Of a stretch of 55,376 nt of DNA, positions 9,361-18,668 are shown in pieces (the first letter of the stretch is position 1; each line of letters starts with the position of its first letter). The translations under genes were made by a program, and so were the position numbers. Origin of the DNA: Candidatus Nomurabacteria bacterium GW2011_GWC2_42_20 (GTDB taxonomy: Bacteria; Patescibacteriota; Minisyncoccia; Phycocordibacterales; UBA1550); assembly GCA_000998425.1 (NCBI GenBank), contig LCDG01000006.1, positions 1 through 55,376 on the forward strand. Reading direction: 5' to 3'. The notes under the pieces are model-generated. The model was given only the letters and a program-made list of their open reading frames with translations. It did not search any database and was not told the DNA's origin.

Positions 9361-9723
9361 ATGAAACATCATAAGTCGATTCGAAAATTTGGACGAGATC
9401 ACGCAGGGCGTATTGCACTCCTTCGCTCCCTTGCTCTTTCTCTTATTAAAACAGAACATATAGAGACTACTGAGGCTAGGGCCAAAGAACTTCGTCCTTT
9501 TGTGGAGAAGCTTGTGACACGTGGTGTAATGGCAGACCTTGCGTCTCGTCGTCTCATTATTTCACGCCTCGGTGGTGTGTCTGGGGAGGACGGAGCAAAG
9601 AAGCTTATTGATGAAATCTCGCCCCGTTACAAAGAGCGTGCCGGTGGGTATACACGCATTTTGAAGCTTCCTCGCCGTCAGGGAGACGCATCAAAAATGG
9701 CTGTTATTGAATTCGTGAATTAG
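9361..9723 (+). CDS. rplQ: 50S ribosomal protein L17
   Basis: IETTEARAKELR, GGYTRILK, GDASKMAVIEFV. Confidence 0.98.
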   Translation: MKHHKSIRKFGRDHAGRIALLRSLALSLIKTEHIETTEARAKELRPFVEKLVTRGVMADLASRRLIISRLGGVSGEDGAKKLIDEISPRYKERAGGYTRILKLPRRQGDASKMAVIEFVN

Positions 9724-9729
9724 AAATTC

Positions 9730-9761
9730 TGAATCAGAAGATTCACGGCTTGGCCGCAGAC
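9730..9761 (+). promoter_or_regulatory. Double-hairpin leader motif, copy 2 (upstream of rplM-rpsI)
   Basis: tgaatc-agaa-gattca followed by cggc-ttg-gccg; compensatory changes relative to 6541-6572. Confidence 0.55.
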
Positions 9762-9795
9762 TCTCGGACATAAACAATTATTAAATATTACTATT

Positions 9796-10140
9796 ATGAC
9801 ATACAAAATCGACGCAAAAGGAAAATCCGTAGGACGTGTTGCCACCGAGGCGGCAAGTGTCCTCATGGGCAAGACTTCGCCAGCATTTCAAAAGCATATC
9901 GCTGCTGACGTTGAGGTTGTAATCGAAAATGCATCAAAGGCAACAATTGCTCCTTCGAAGCTTGGCGAGGTGCACTCAAAGACGTACTCTGGTTACCCAG
10001 GCGGACTTCGCGAGCGTACAATCGGGTATACTATTGAGAAGAAGGGTTATGCTGAAGTTTTTTTACGAGCAATTTCTCGTATGATCCCTCGCAATCGTTT
10101 GCATAAGATCCGTATGAAGAATTTAAAAGTTACAGAATAA
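9796..10140 (+). CDS. rplM: 50S ribosomal protein L13 (compact form)
   Basis: IDAKGKSVGRVAT, LMGK, YSGYPGGL; upstream of rpsI. Confidence 0.95.
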   Translation: MTYKIDAKGKSVGRVATEAASVLMGKTSPAFQKHIAADVEVVIENASKATIAPSKLGEVHSKTYSGYPGGLRERTIGYTIEKKGYAEVFLRAISRMIPRNRLHKIRMKNLKVTE

Positions 10141-10141
10141 T

Positions 10142-10606
10142 ATGACGACCAAAGATACTACAAAAGAAGAAGTAAAAGAGAAGGTTGTAAAGACTACTGC
10201 CGTAAAAAAAGCTGTTGCTCGTTATATTGAGGCAGTTGGTCGTCGCAAGACTTCAACCGCGCGTGTTCGTATTACAGAAGGCTCAAAAGAGTCTGTTATT
10301 GTAAACGACAAGGATGTTTCTACTTATTTTCCAACGCTTGAACTTCAAAAAATCGTTTCAGAGGCGATTGAAAAATCAAAAGTAGCCGGAAAGTTTGCTA
10401 TTACCGTGAAAGTTGTTGGTGGCGGAATTCACTCGCAAGCAGAAGCTCTTCGACATGGACTCTCTCGGGCACTTGTTACCTTTGATGAGGAGACAAGGAA
10501 GCGCTTGAAGAAACTTGGTTTCCTGAAGCGTGATCCACGCATGAAGGAGCGTCGCAAGTTTGGACTCAAAAAAGCACGTAAAGCCCCACAGTGGTCTAAA
10601 CGATAA
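10142..10606 (+). CDS. rpsI: 30S ribosomal protein S9
   Basis: GRRKTSTARV, RDPRMKERRKFGLKKARKAPQWSKR. Confidence 0.98.
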   Translation: MTTKDTTKEEVKEKVVKTTAVKKAVARYIEAVGRRKTSTARVRITEGSKESVIVNDKDVSTYFPTLELQKIVSEAIEKSKVAGKFAITVKVVGGGIHSQAEALRHGLSRALVTFDEETRKRLKKLGFLKRDPRMKERRKFGLKKARKAPQWSKR

Positions 10607-10685
10607 TTATTAAATAAAAACAATGGGGGGCGATTACATAATGTAGTTTCCTCTCTTTTGTTTAATATGGTAGAATCAAATTTCT

Positions 10686-11318
10686 ATGGTAGACAATAAA
10701 CACGATATGAAAAATGATGAAATAGCCGAGGATGCACCTCAGGGGGTGTCACTTGACACAAATGATGATGATATGTATATTGACCCCGTGCAGTTTGAGA
10801 GTGAAGAGGATTTGGAGAATCCTGTGCTTGCAATGAAAAAACTCCGCGAGAAACTCAAGACATGTGAGAAGGAAAAGAAAGAGTATCTCGATGGATGGCA
10901 GAGGATGCGCGCGGACTTTGCAAATATAAAAAGGGATGAGGAGACTCGGCGCGGAGAGATGATAAAATTTGCATCGGAAGGCCTCGTTGAGGATCTTCTT
11001 CCAGTGCTCGATAGTTTCTCAATGGCCTTTGGAAACAAGGAAGCATGGGAAAAGGTAGATGCAAACTGGCGTAAAGGTGTTGAATATATTTACGCTCAAA
11101 TGTACTCTGTTCTTGAGTCGCGAGGGCTCACTGAGGTAGGAAAGGTGGGAGAGCCTGTTGACCCGAGAACCCATGTAGCGGTAGAGGAAGTTTCAGCGAC
11201 ATCAGAAAAGGATTTAAATACAGTTTCAGAAGTAATACAGAAGGGGTATCGCCTGCACAATAAAGTGATTCGCCCCGCAAAAGTGAAATCATTTGGCGGT
11301 ATTGAAAAGCAGAAATAA
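10686..11318 (+). CDS. grpE: Nucleotide exchange factor GrpE
   Basis: RMRADFAN, LLPVLDS, QKGYRLHNKVIRPAKV; upstream of dnaK. Confidence 0.96.
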   Translation: MVDNKHDMKNDEIAEDAPQGVSLDTNDDDMYIDPVQFESEEDLENPVLAMKKLREKLKTCEKEKKEYLDGWQRMRADFANIKRDEETRRGEMIKFASEGLVEDLLPVLDSFSMAFGNKEAWEKVDANWRKGVEYIYAQMYSVLESRGLTEVGKVGEPVDPRTHVAVEEVSATSEKDLNTVSEVIQKGYRLHNKVIRPAKVKSFGGIEKQK

Positions 11319-11433
11319 AGTCGACTAATCGCTAGGTTACGAACTAGTAAGTTCGTGTTTCGGACATAAAAATTACTAAATTCACAGCTTGGACACATTA
11401 ATAGCCTCACTAACATAATCATACTAAACTAAT

Positions 11434-13329
11434 ATGGCAAAAATTTTAGGAATTGACTTGGGTACAACAAACAGCGCGGTTGCTATCATTGAGGGTGGTG
11501 AACCACGTATCGTTGAAAATATCGAAGGAGCACGCACAACACCATCTATCGTGGCAGTTTCAAAAAGTGGTGAACGCTTGGTGGGGCTTCTCGCAAAGCG
11601 CCAGGCTGTTACAAACCCACAGAATACGCTTTTTGGTATCAAACGTATGATTGGGCACACTTATGAAGATGAGGGTGTTCAGCGTGACAAAAAAACAGCT
11701 CCATTCGGAATAGAAAAATCTCCAACAGGTGGTGTTCTTGTGAAAATGGGTGATCGTCAGTATCGACCTGAGGAGATTTCTGCGATGGTACTTCAAAAGC
11801 TCAAGGCTGACGCGGAAGCAAAGCTTGGTGAGAAAATCACAGAAGCCGTTATTACTGTACCTGCGTATTTCAATGATTCACAGCGTCAGGCAACAAAGGA
11901 TGCTGGGCAGATTGCTGGTTTTGATGTTAAACGCATTATAAACGAACCAACGGCAGCAGCTCTTGCGTACGGTTTTAATAAAAAGAAGGATGAAAAAATA
12001 GTGGTCTACGACTTTGGTGGTGGCACCTTTGATGTGTCCGTACTCGAGGTTGGTGGCGATGTTATAGAGGTGAAGTCGACTGACGGTGATGTGCACATGG
12101 GCGGGGAAGACATTGACCAGAAGATTATTAAGCACATTGCGAGCGAGTTTAAGAAGGAGTCTGGTATCGATGTTTCTACAGACGTGATGGCTCTACAGCG
12201 CTTGAAGGAGGCGGCAGAAAAAGCAAAGCACGAGCTTTCTACAACAACAGAGGCCGAAATAAATATTCCTTTCATCACTTCAGGCTCAGACGGTCCAAAG
12301 CATCTCTTGCTCAAACTCTCTCGCGCAACTCTTGACGATCTTGCTCGCGAGTATATCGAAAAATCAATCGAAATCACAAAACGCGCAATCGCCGCATCAC
12401 CTTTCAAAAAAGAAGATATAAACGAAATCATTATGGTTGGTGGACAGACTCGCATGCCAGCTATTGTGAACGCTGTAAAGGAGCTCTTTGGTAAGGAGCC
12501 AAACCGTTCAATCAACCCAGACGAAGTGGTTGCTATTGGAGCTGCGATTCAGGCAGGAATCCTCCAAGGGGATGTAAAGGACGTACTTCTTCTTGATGTT
12601 ATTCCACTTTCTCTTGGAATCGAAACATTCGGTAATGTCGCAACAAAGCTTATTGAAAAGAATACAACAATTCCTGCATCACGTTCTCAGGTTTTCTCTA
12701 CTGCAGCAGACAATCAAACTTCGGTAGAAATTCACGTTGTTCAAGGCGAGCGCCCAATGGCTGCAGACAATAAATCCCTCGGTCGTTTTATCTTGGATGG
12801 TATTCCTCCAGCACACCGCGGTATGCCACAAGTAGAGGTTTCATTTGATGTTGACGCAAACGGAATTCTTCAGGTAAAAGCAAAAGAAAAAACTACCGGG
12901 AAAGAGCAATCAATTCGCATTGAAGCAAGCTCTGGGCTATCAAAAGATGATATTGCGCGTATGCAAAAAGAAGCGGAGATGAACGCGGAAGAAGATGCAA
13001 AGAAGCGCGAAAGTGCAGAGACAAAGAATATGCTTGAGCAGATGATTTACACTGCTGAAAAGGCGCTTCGTGATAATGGCGATAAGGTTCCCGCTGAAAT
13101 GAAGACAGCAGTTGAGAGTAAGATTGCTACTGCAAAAACAGCAAGCGCAGGATCTGATATTGAAGCTATGAAGAAGGCGTCTACAGAGCTTTCAGAAGAA
13201 CTTTCAAAAATTGGAGAGGAAATGATGAAAAGCGCAGAAGGTGCAAAAGCAGAAAGCACACCAGAAAATACGGGTAGTACAGAAGAAAAAGTACACGACG
13301 CAGAGTACAAGGAGGGAGAGGAGAAATAG
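11434..13329 (+). CDS. dnaK: Chaperone DnaK (Hsp70)
   Basis: [25 protein letters not shown]. Confidence 0.99.
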   Translation: MAKILGIDLGTTNSAVAIIEGGEPRIVENIEGARTTPSIVAVSKSGERLVGLLAKRQAVTNPQNTLFGIKRMIGHTYEDEGVQRDKKTAPFGIEKSPTGGVLVKMGDRQYRPEEISAMVLQKLKADAEAKLGEKITEAVITVPAYFNDSQRQATKDAGQIAGFDVKRIINEPTAAALAYGFNKKKDEKIVVYDFGGGTFDVSVLEVGGDVIEVKSTDGDVHMGGEDIDQKIIKHIASEFKKESGIDVSTDVMALQRLKEAAEKAKHELSTTTEAEINIPFITSGSDGPKHLLLKLSRATLDDLAREYIEKSIEITKRAIAASPFKKEDINEIIMVGGQTRMPAIVNAVKELFGKEPNRSINPDEVVAIGAAIQAGILQGDVKDVLLLDVIPLSLGIETFGNVATKLIEKNTTIPASRSQVFSTAADNQTSVEIHVVQGERPMAADNKSLGRFILDGIPPAHRGMPQVEVSFDVDANGILQVKAKEKTTGKEQSIRIEASSGLSKDDIARMQKEAEMNAEEDAKKRESAETKNMLEQMIYTAEKALRDNGDKVPAEMKTAVESKIATAKTASAGSDIEAMKKASTELSEELSKIGEEMMKSAEGAKAESTPENTGSTEEKVHDAEYKEGEEK

Positions 13330-13406
13330 AATATCGAATATAGAATATAGAATATAGAATGGGTGCAGAATTTGCATTCATTCAATATTCAATATTCAAC
13401 ATTCTA
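13327..13406. repeat. 7-bp tandem repeats in inverted arrangement between dnaK and dnaJ
   Basis: ~5x tagaata (13327-13361) facing ~4x attcaat (13380-13406). Confidence 0.8.
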
Positions 13407-13409
13407 CCC

Positions 13410-14465
13410 ATGAAAGACTATTACAAAACACTCGGTGTTCAAAAAAGCGCCTCACAGGACGAAATTAAAAAAGCGTTCCGTAAGCTCGCGCACCAACATC
13501 ACCCAGACAAGGGTGGCGATGCAGAAAAATTCAAAGAAGCAAGCGAGGCGTACCAGATTCTCTCTGATGAAAAAAAGAGAAAGGAGTATGACACATACGG
13601 TTCAGCAGGTCCTGGTCATGGTTTTGGAGGAGGTCAAGGAGGCTTTGACGCTTCTGGTTTCCAGGGTGGTCATGGTTTTGAAGGGGTAGACTTAAACGAC
13701 ATATTCGGAGATTTTTTTGGAGGTGGACGTAGGGAGCAAGCCCGACGTGGGCGTGATATTTCTGTCGATTTGGAGATCTCATTTTCTGAAGCAGTTTTTG
13801 GAGTTGAGCACAAGGTTCGTATTACAAAAACCTCAGCGTGCGATGTATGTCACGGCAGTGGCGCAAAACCTAATACAAAAACAAAGGAATGTGCAACATG
13901 TAAAGGTAAGGGCCGTATTCAGGAATCAGTACGTACTATTCTAGGTAATTTTGCCCAAGAGCGTGAATGTAGCGCATGTAATGGTTCTGGTAAAATCCCC
14001 GAAGAAAAATGCGTATCATGTAAGGGGGCTGGTGTGCTTCGCAAGGAAGAGCAGATTACGATTCGCGTACCTGCCGGCATTCAAAACGGAGAAACGGTGC
14101 GTCTAACAGGCGCTGGTGAAGCTATCAAAAATGGGAAGGCAGGTGATCTGTATGTGAGGATTCATGTTTCCGAGCACAAGGTTTTTAAGCGTGATGGATA
14201 CAATCTTGTTATGTCCCTAGTAGTAAGGCTCACAGATGCTATCCTAGGAGCGGAGTACCCAGTGCATACTCTTGACGGAGAAATTAAGCTCAAGATACCT
14301 AAAGGTGTTTCTTCTGGCGAAATTTTGCGTGTTCGTGAAAAGGGAATCCCCATTGACTCGAGGCGTCGTGGAGACCTGCTTATCAAGCTCGAAGTAAAAA
14401 CCCCAACAAAGCTTTCTCGTAAAGCCGAGAAACTTATTGAAGAATTACGCGGAGAGGGTGTATAA
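13410..14465 (+). CDS. dnaJ: Chaperone DnaJ
   Basis: J domain with HPD, G/F-rich region, four CxxCxGxG repeats; ATG at 13410. Confidence 0.98.
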   Translation: MKDYYKTLGVQKSASQDEIKKAFRKLAHQHHPDKGGDAEKFKEASEAYQILSDEKKRKEYDTYGSAGPGHGFGGGQGGFDASGFQGGHGFEGVDLNDIFGDFFGGGRREQARRGRDISVDLEISFSEAVFGVEHKVRITKTSACDVCHGSGAKPNTKTKECATCKGKGRIQESVRTILGNFAQERECSACNGSGKIPEEKCVSCKGAGVLRKEEQITIRVPAGIQNGETVRLTGAGEAIKNGKAGDLYVRIHVSEHKVFKRDGYNLVMSLVVRLTDAILGAEYPVHTLDGEIKLKIPKGVSSGEILRVREKGIPIDSRRRGDLLIKLEVKTPTKLSRKAEKLIEELRGEGV

Positions 14466-14474
14466 TTGCACAGT

Positions 14475-15167
14475 ATGAATTTTTTCGCTATTACACCATT
14501 TTTACTGCAAACAATTGTATATCCACCAATGTGGATAGCCCTACATTTTTTTGCAAAAATTCGTGTGTATGGAATGAATAACCTCCACGGCTATAAACAT
14601 GGCATGATTTTTGCTGTAAATCACGCAAGTGAATTTGACCCTATCCTTATTCCAGCGACACTTAAACCGTTTTCGTCATTAATGCCGATGTTTTATCTCG
14701 CGCGCGAAAGAGCATTTTATGAAAAAAAGGGATTTATTAAGTTTTTTTATGGCGGCACTTTTTTTAAGCTTTGGGGTGCATATCCCGTTACTGTTGGAAC
14801 AGGGGATTACGAAGAAGCTCTCAAGCACCACATCAAAATCCTTGAACGCGGGAAGAGCGTGTGTATATTCCCAGAGGGGGGTAAAACGCGCGATGGGCAC
14901 ATTGGAGAGGGTAAGCCGGGGGTAGCGTATCTTCTTTGGCGCACGGGACGCCCGTTAGTCCCTGTAGCCATCCATGGTCATCATGGGATGGGCCCAAGTG
15001 ATTTTTTTGGCCGCACTCACTCAATATCTATTTCATACGGTAAACCAATTACACGTGAAGACCTTTTTGGTAATAATTGTGATCGTGTTCAGCCAACGCG
15101 TGAGGAACTTAAATCAGCTACCAGTGTTATAATGGCTCATATTAGAGCTATGTATAGAAGGATATAA
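14475..15167 (+). CDS. 1-acyl-sn-glycerol-3-phosphate acyltransferase family (PlsC-like)
   Basis: NHASEFD (HX4D) and IFPEGG motifs. Confidence 0.85.
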   Translation: MNFFAITPFLLQTIVYPPMWIALHFFAKIRVYGMNNLHGYKHGMIFAVNHASEFDPILIPATLKPFSSLMPMFYLARERAFYEKKGFIKFFYGGTFFKLWGAYPVTVGTGDYEEALKHHIKILERGKSVCIFPEGGKTRDGHIGEGKPGVAYLLWRTGRPLVPVAIHGHHGMGPSDFFGRTHSISISYGKPITREDLFGNNCDRVQPTREELKSATSVIMAHIRAMYRRI

Positions 15168-15170
15168 TTA

Positions 15171-15224
15171 GTACCCAAAATAAAAATCGCCTTCTTAAAA
15201 GGAGGCGATTTTTATTTTGGGTAC
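15171..15224. terminator. Bidirectional terminator with 22-bp perfect arms
   Basis: gtacccaaaataaaaatcgcct / aggcgatttttattttgggtac between convergent genes. Confidence 0.9.
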
Positions 15225-15239
15225 GTGTCCTTTTAAAGA

Positions 15240-15437
15240 CTATACACGTTCTACGTTTACTGCGCTCATTCCCTTAGGAGAGTCCTCAGTTTCAAAAGTA
15301 ACCTCATCACCCTCGCGAACATCATCAAATGATACGCCTACGAGTGAGTTAGCATGGAAGAAAAGATCCTTCTCCATACCTTCTGCTGTGATAAAACCAA
15401 AACCTTTGTCAGTAACCTTCTTAATTATTCCTTTCAT
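15240..15437 (-). CDS. Cold-shock protein (CspA family)
   Basis: RNP-1 KGFGFI and RNP-2 LFFH motifs, 65 aa. Confidence 0.95.
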   Translation of the reverse strand: MKGIIKKVTDKGFGFITAEGMEKDLFFHANSLVGVSFDDVREGDEVTFETEDSPKGMSAVNVERV

Positions 15438-15543
15438 AAAATTTATTTATTTAACCTACTAATATACAAAATATAGCGACAGACTACCAGTGTGTGAAAA
15501 TCGACATCTTCCTACAACCTATTCCTACTACTTTTGTGCAAAC

Positions 15544-15572
15544 AGTTTAGCATACCTAAATATAAAAGTCAA
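15544..15572 (-). promoter_or_regulatory. Sigma70 promoter of the csp gene, giving a ~100-nt 5' UTR
   Basis: Minus strand TTGACT-17 bp-TAAACT with extended TG. Confidence 0.6.
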
Positions 15573-15678
15573 GCTTGAAGATAGTGATAGTAAGAGTATC
15601 ATTGAAGTAAGACTTTAGCAATATAATACTGCCTGAAGCCTAATCATTACTCGTTCTTAATTATTTTATTAATAAAAT

Positions 15679-16095
15679 ATGGCTATCATAAAATGGGAAC
15701 CGTTTATAGATGTCGAGCGATTTTTTGAGGATTTTCCCGTGTCGTCATTAAAGGAGATCGGAACAGATTTGGCTGTTGATGTATACGATGAGGGGAGCAA
15801 TATTATTGCAAAGATGAATGTGCCTGGTGTTGACCCTGAGAAAATTAATGTAACAGTAGAAGACAACATGTTACGTGTTTCTGGCGCTCACGAGGAGGAA
15901 AAAGAAGAGAAGAAGAAACATTACTACCACAAAGAGATTAGAAAAGGTTCATTCGAGAGAGTCGTCTCGCTTCCGCAATTAGTTCTTAAGGATAAAGTTT
16001 TTGCAGAATACAAAAATGGCACATTGTTCATCACTCTTCCAAAAGCAAACGGCGAGGAGTCCTCGCATAAAGTTCAGGTTCAAGTAAAGAAATAA
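15679..16095 (+). CDS. Small heat-shock protein Hsp20/alpha-crystallin
   Basis: AVDVYD, VPGVDPEKINVTV, GSFERVVSLP, AEYKNGTLFITLPK. Confidence 0.95.
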   Translation: MAIIKWEPFIDVERFFEDFPVSSLKEIGTDLAVDVYDEGSNIIAKMNVPGVDPEKINVTVEDNMLRVSGAHEEEKEEKKKHYYHKEIRKGSFERVVSLPQLVLKDKVFAEYKNGTLFITLPKANGEESSHKVQVQVKK

Positions 16096-16096
16096 T

Positions 16097-16243
16097 ATGG
16101 GAAATAAAATAATTGTAGGCAAGGGTGGTGCTCCAAAAGGAGGGCAAAGAGGCAATCAGATGTACGGAGCACATAGCCTTTCAGCTGAACAAAAAAATGC
16201 AGCAATCAAGCCCGATAAAAAGAAAAAGAAATCAAATATATAG
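16097..16243 (+). CDS. Small basic protein, 48 aa (not in the ORF track)
   Basis: MGNKIIVGKGGAPKGGQRGNQMYGAHSLSAEQKNAAIKPDKKKKKSNI*; starts 1 nt after the hsp20 stop and ends just before a terminator. Confidence 0.55.
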   Translation: MGNKIIVGKGGAPKGGQRGNQMYGAHSLSAEQKNAAIKPDKKKKKSNI

Positions 16244-16256
16244 ATTATAAAACCAT

Positions 16257-16296
16257 CAATACAAAAAGCGCTCAACTTTGAGCGCTTTTTGTATTG
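16257..16296. terminator. Bidirectional terminator
   Basis: caatacaaaaagcgctcaa / ttgagcgctttttgtattg, 19-bp arms. Confidence 0.9.
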
Positions 16297-16456
16297 CTAG
16301 GCTCATTATCGCCAACAAGTTCAGAAGCTTGACCTGGCTAGTATTAAAAGCTAGCTCTAATTTAGCGTGTTATTTGAGCTATTTCTATTGAAATAGCTAC
16401 AACTCTGATGGCCCCCTGCTTGCAAACCGCTACGGCACAGCACATGTTCCACGAAC

Positions 16457-17350
16457 TCAATAGTTTATTCCTTGTTCGTAATGTTTTAATATCGCCTTAA
16501 TCCCGGCAAGATTTCTTTCCCACTCGACAGTCTCGTGAGTTTTGAGCTCAACAGTAATCGCTGGGATGTTTATTGAAGCAAGCCATCCTTCTACGTCACC
16601 GGAAACCTCATATGCGTCAAATGTTTTGATAGCCTTGTATCCAGACGCTTGGGAATACACATTCATAATATCGAGTGTTTTTGGAAGAATCCCATCCTCG
16701 CACTCTGATGCGTATACGGCGTTCGCTTTGCTGTGCCAGAAAATAGCGCCAGCGGGAGCGTATGTGGAAACAAAGTCTCGAATGGCCACAGCTTCTGGTT
16801 CCGAAAATGCACTTACCCCTGCGCTCACTACCTTGCTTTTCCAGGTGCTCTCCGGTTTCCATTTGCAGTCAAAATTTCGATTTATGTCCACCTCGTGCGC
16901 ATTGAAGCGCCCTGTTCCGTTTACTTGTTCTAGGGTTGGCACATCGCCGATTGCAAAGCGACCCTCTTTTTTGATTACACGGTATACGCCGTCTGGATTT
17001 GCAGAGGGAATCACGGCAACTGTTATATTTTTAGGAATTACGTCGAGATTTTCCTTTAGATAATCCATGAATTGATACAATAAAACCACGCTGTTCCATT
17101 CGTAACCGCCATGAATTCCCCCGACAAACATAAGGTGAGTTGGTCCCGCTCCGTACATGTATGCATCAATGTTTCTTCCTTCTACGGATTTGCCGATTAC
17201 CTTATGGACTGGGTAGGAAACAGCTGGTTCTCTCTGCGGTTCTGGTGTGATCTTTTCGCTTTGACTCGTTAGGATGAGTATGCCAATCGCGACGAGCACC
17301 ATAATAACACCAAGGATTGCAACGGTATTTTTTACACGGCGGTTCTTCAT
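16457..17350 (-). CDS. Membrane-anchored M14 zinc carboxypeptidase (MpaA-like), catalytic residues intact
   Basis: GKSVEGR, GGIHGGYE, NPDG, RFNAHEVDINRNF, FWHS, ITVEL; N-terminal TM. Confidence 0.85.
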   Translation of the reverse strand: MKNRRVKNTVAILGVIMVLVAIGILILTSQSEKITPEPQREPAVSYPVHKVIGKSVEGRNIDAYMYGAGPTHLMFVGGIHGGYEWNSVVLLYQFMDYLKENLDVIPKNITVAVIPSANPDGVYRVIKKEGRFAIGDVPTLEQVNGTGRFNAHEVDINRNFDCKWKPESTWKSKVVSAGVSAFSEPEAVAIRDFVSTYAPAGAIFWHSKANAVYASECEDGILPKTLDIMNVYSQASGYKAIKTFDAYEVSGDVEGWLASINIPAITVELKTHETVEWERNLAGIKAILKHYEQGINY

Positions 17351-18267
17351 TACTTAGCGTAGTGCTTCAGAAGTGCTTCAATACCTGCGAGGTTTTTTGT
17401 CCATTCAGTGTCTTGATGTGTGGTTAGGAGCACACTGATTGCAGGGATATTTTTCTTTGCTAGCCAGTTTACCATGTCACCTGTCAGTTTGTAGAAGTCG
17501 TAACTTTCATAGGCTGGGTATCCTGAAGCTGTAGCGTATGTAGTAGTAAGGGTCATCGTTTCAGGGAGAATTCCATTGTGGCAGCTTGAGGAAAACACTC
17601 CGCCTGCCGAGCTATACCAAACGACAACGCCCGACGGGTTATGCGCCTCGACATAGTTTTTGAATGCAATGCTTTCTGTCTCAGAAAATGCCTTGCTTCC
17701 ACCGCTCACTGGCGTGGTCATCCAAACACCTTTTGTTTGCCAATCACAATCAAAGTTACGGCTGAGGTCAACATTGTTCGCGTTGAAGCGACCGGATATT
17801 ACTATTTCGTCTGAAGTTGATACATCCTCCCTTGTGAAGCGACCTTCCTTGCCAACAACTTTTATAAGACCATCTGGATTAAGAACAGGAATGACGGTAA
17901 CCTTTACACCTTCAGGAACAACGGCAGGATTTGCCGTTAGATGATCCATCAGCTGGTAGGCAAGGAGGACTGTGTTCCATTCGTAACCACCGTGAGTGCC
18001 CCCAACAAACAACAATTCTTTTGCGCCGGTGCCGAAGTGGTATGCGGGGATAGGTCGATTTTCAACAGAAATACCAATAACAGTTTTTGTGGTGTCCACA
18101 GTTTTGGTAGTGTCGACAGGTTTTGTCGGTTCTGCTTCTGCGGTGGTCGGGGTAGTAACAGGTGCGTCTACCGCAGGAACTGGAGCTACACCTCTATTTT
18201 GGATAAAAAAGTACACACCTACCCCAATAAGTACAATGACCACTAATGCAATAATTGTTTTTTTCAT
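17350..18267 (-). CDS. Membrane-anchored M14 carboxypeptidase paralog, probably inactive
   Basis: GGTHGGYE, NPDG, DLSRNF present, but WYSS replaces WHS and ISVLL replaces ITVEL; ATG at 18267 lies 7 nt after TGgTAAAAT. Confidence 0.8.
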   Translation of the reverse strand: MKKTIIALVVIVLIGVGVYFFIQNRGVAPVPAVDAPVTTPTTAEAEPTKPVDTTKTVDTTKTVIGISVENRPIPAYHFGTGAKELLFVGGTHGGYEWNTVLLAYQLMDHLTANPAVVPEGVKVTVIPVLNPDGLIKVVGKEGRFTREDVSTSDEIVISGRFNANNVDLSRNFDCDWQTKGVWMTTPVSGGSKAFSETESIAFKNYVEAHNPSGVVVWYSSAGGVFSSSCHNGILPETMTLTTTYATASGYPAYESYDFYKLTGDMVNWLAKKNIPAISVLLTTHQDTEWTKNLAGIEALLKHYAK

Positions 18268-18434
18268 AACATCTATTTTACCATAGATAAAGAAATGCAA
18301 GTAGTTCGGCTACGCTGGTAGGCCCATGGTATTAATTTGCTAATTCAGCACCGCCAATCTGGCTCGATCCTGCGTACACGCGGTGCAAGCCAAAATAAAA
18401 AACACACCACGATGGTGCACGCCTTTTGTTTTGA

Positions 18435-18449
18435 TGCTCCGCGGGTAGG
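18435..18449. repeat. att core, distal copy (duplicated tRNA-Asn 3' end)
   Basis: tgctccgcgggtagg identical to 25182-25196. Confidence 0.92.
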
Positions 18450-18668
18450 CCCAAGGCATGAACTTGCTAGTTTAGGATCGCCCCTTCGGGTCGACACTAT
18501 CTTAGACTCAAAGAAACAAAAAAGCCCCAACGCATTAGCGTCAGGGACTATTTTGTTTCTGGCTCACTTTAGTCGACGACTTTAGAACTGTTAATTGGTT
18601 GGAAGAGTATCCGTTCCCAGAAACAGATTTAAGGGAATTAAAAGAATTACTAATAGCCTAACGTATTT

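Noticed and set aside
15615-15640. Possible CIRCE (HrcA operator) upstream of hsp20, starting TTAGCA
   Set aside because: It lacks the CTC-N9-GAGTGCTAA remainder, and no CIRCE is seen before grpE-dnaK either.
16328-16340. SRP-RNA-like GCCAGGTCA on the minus strand
   Set aside because: The conserved downstream GGAAG-AGCAG helix-8 sequence is missing.
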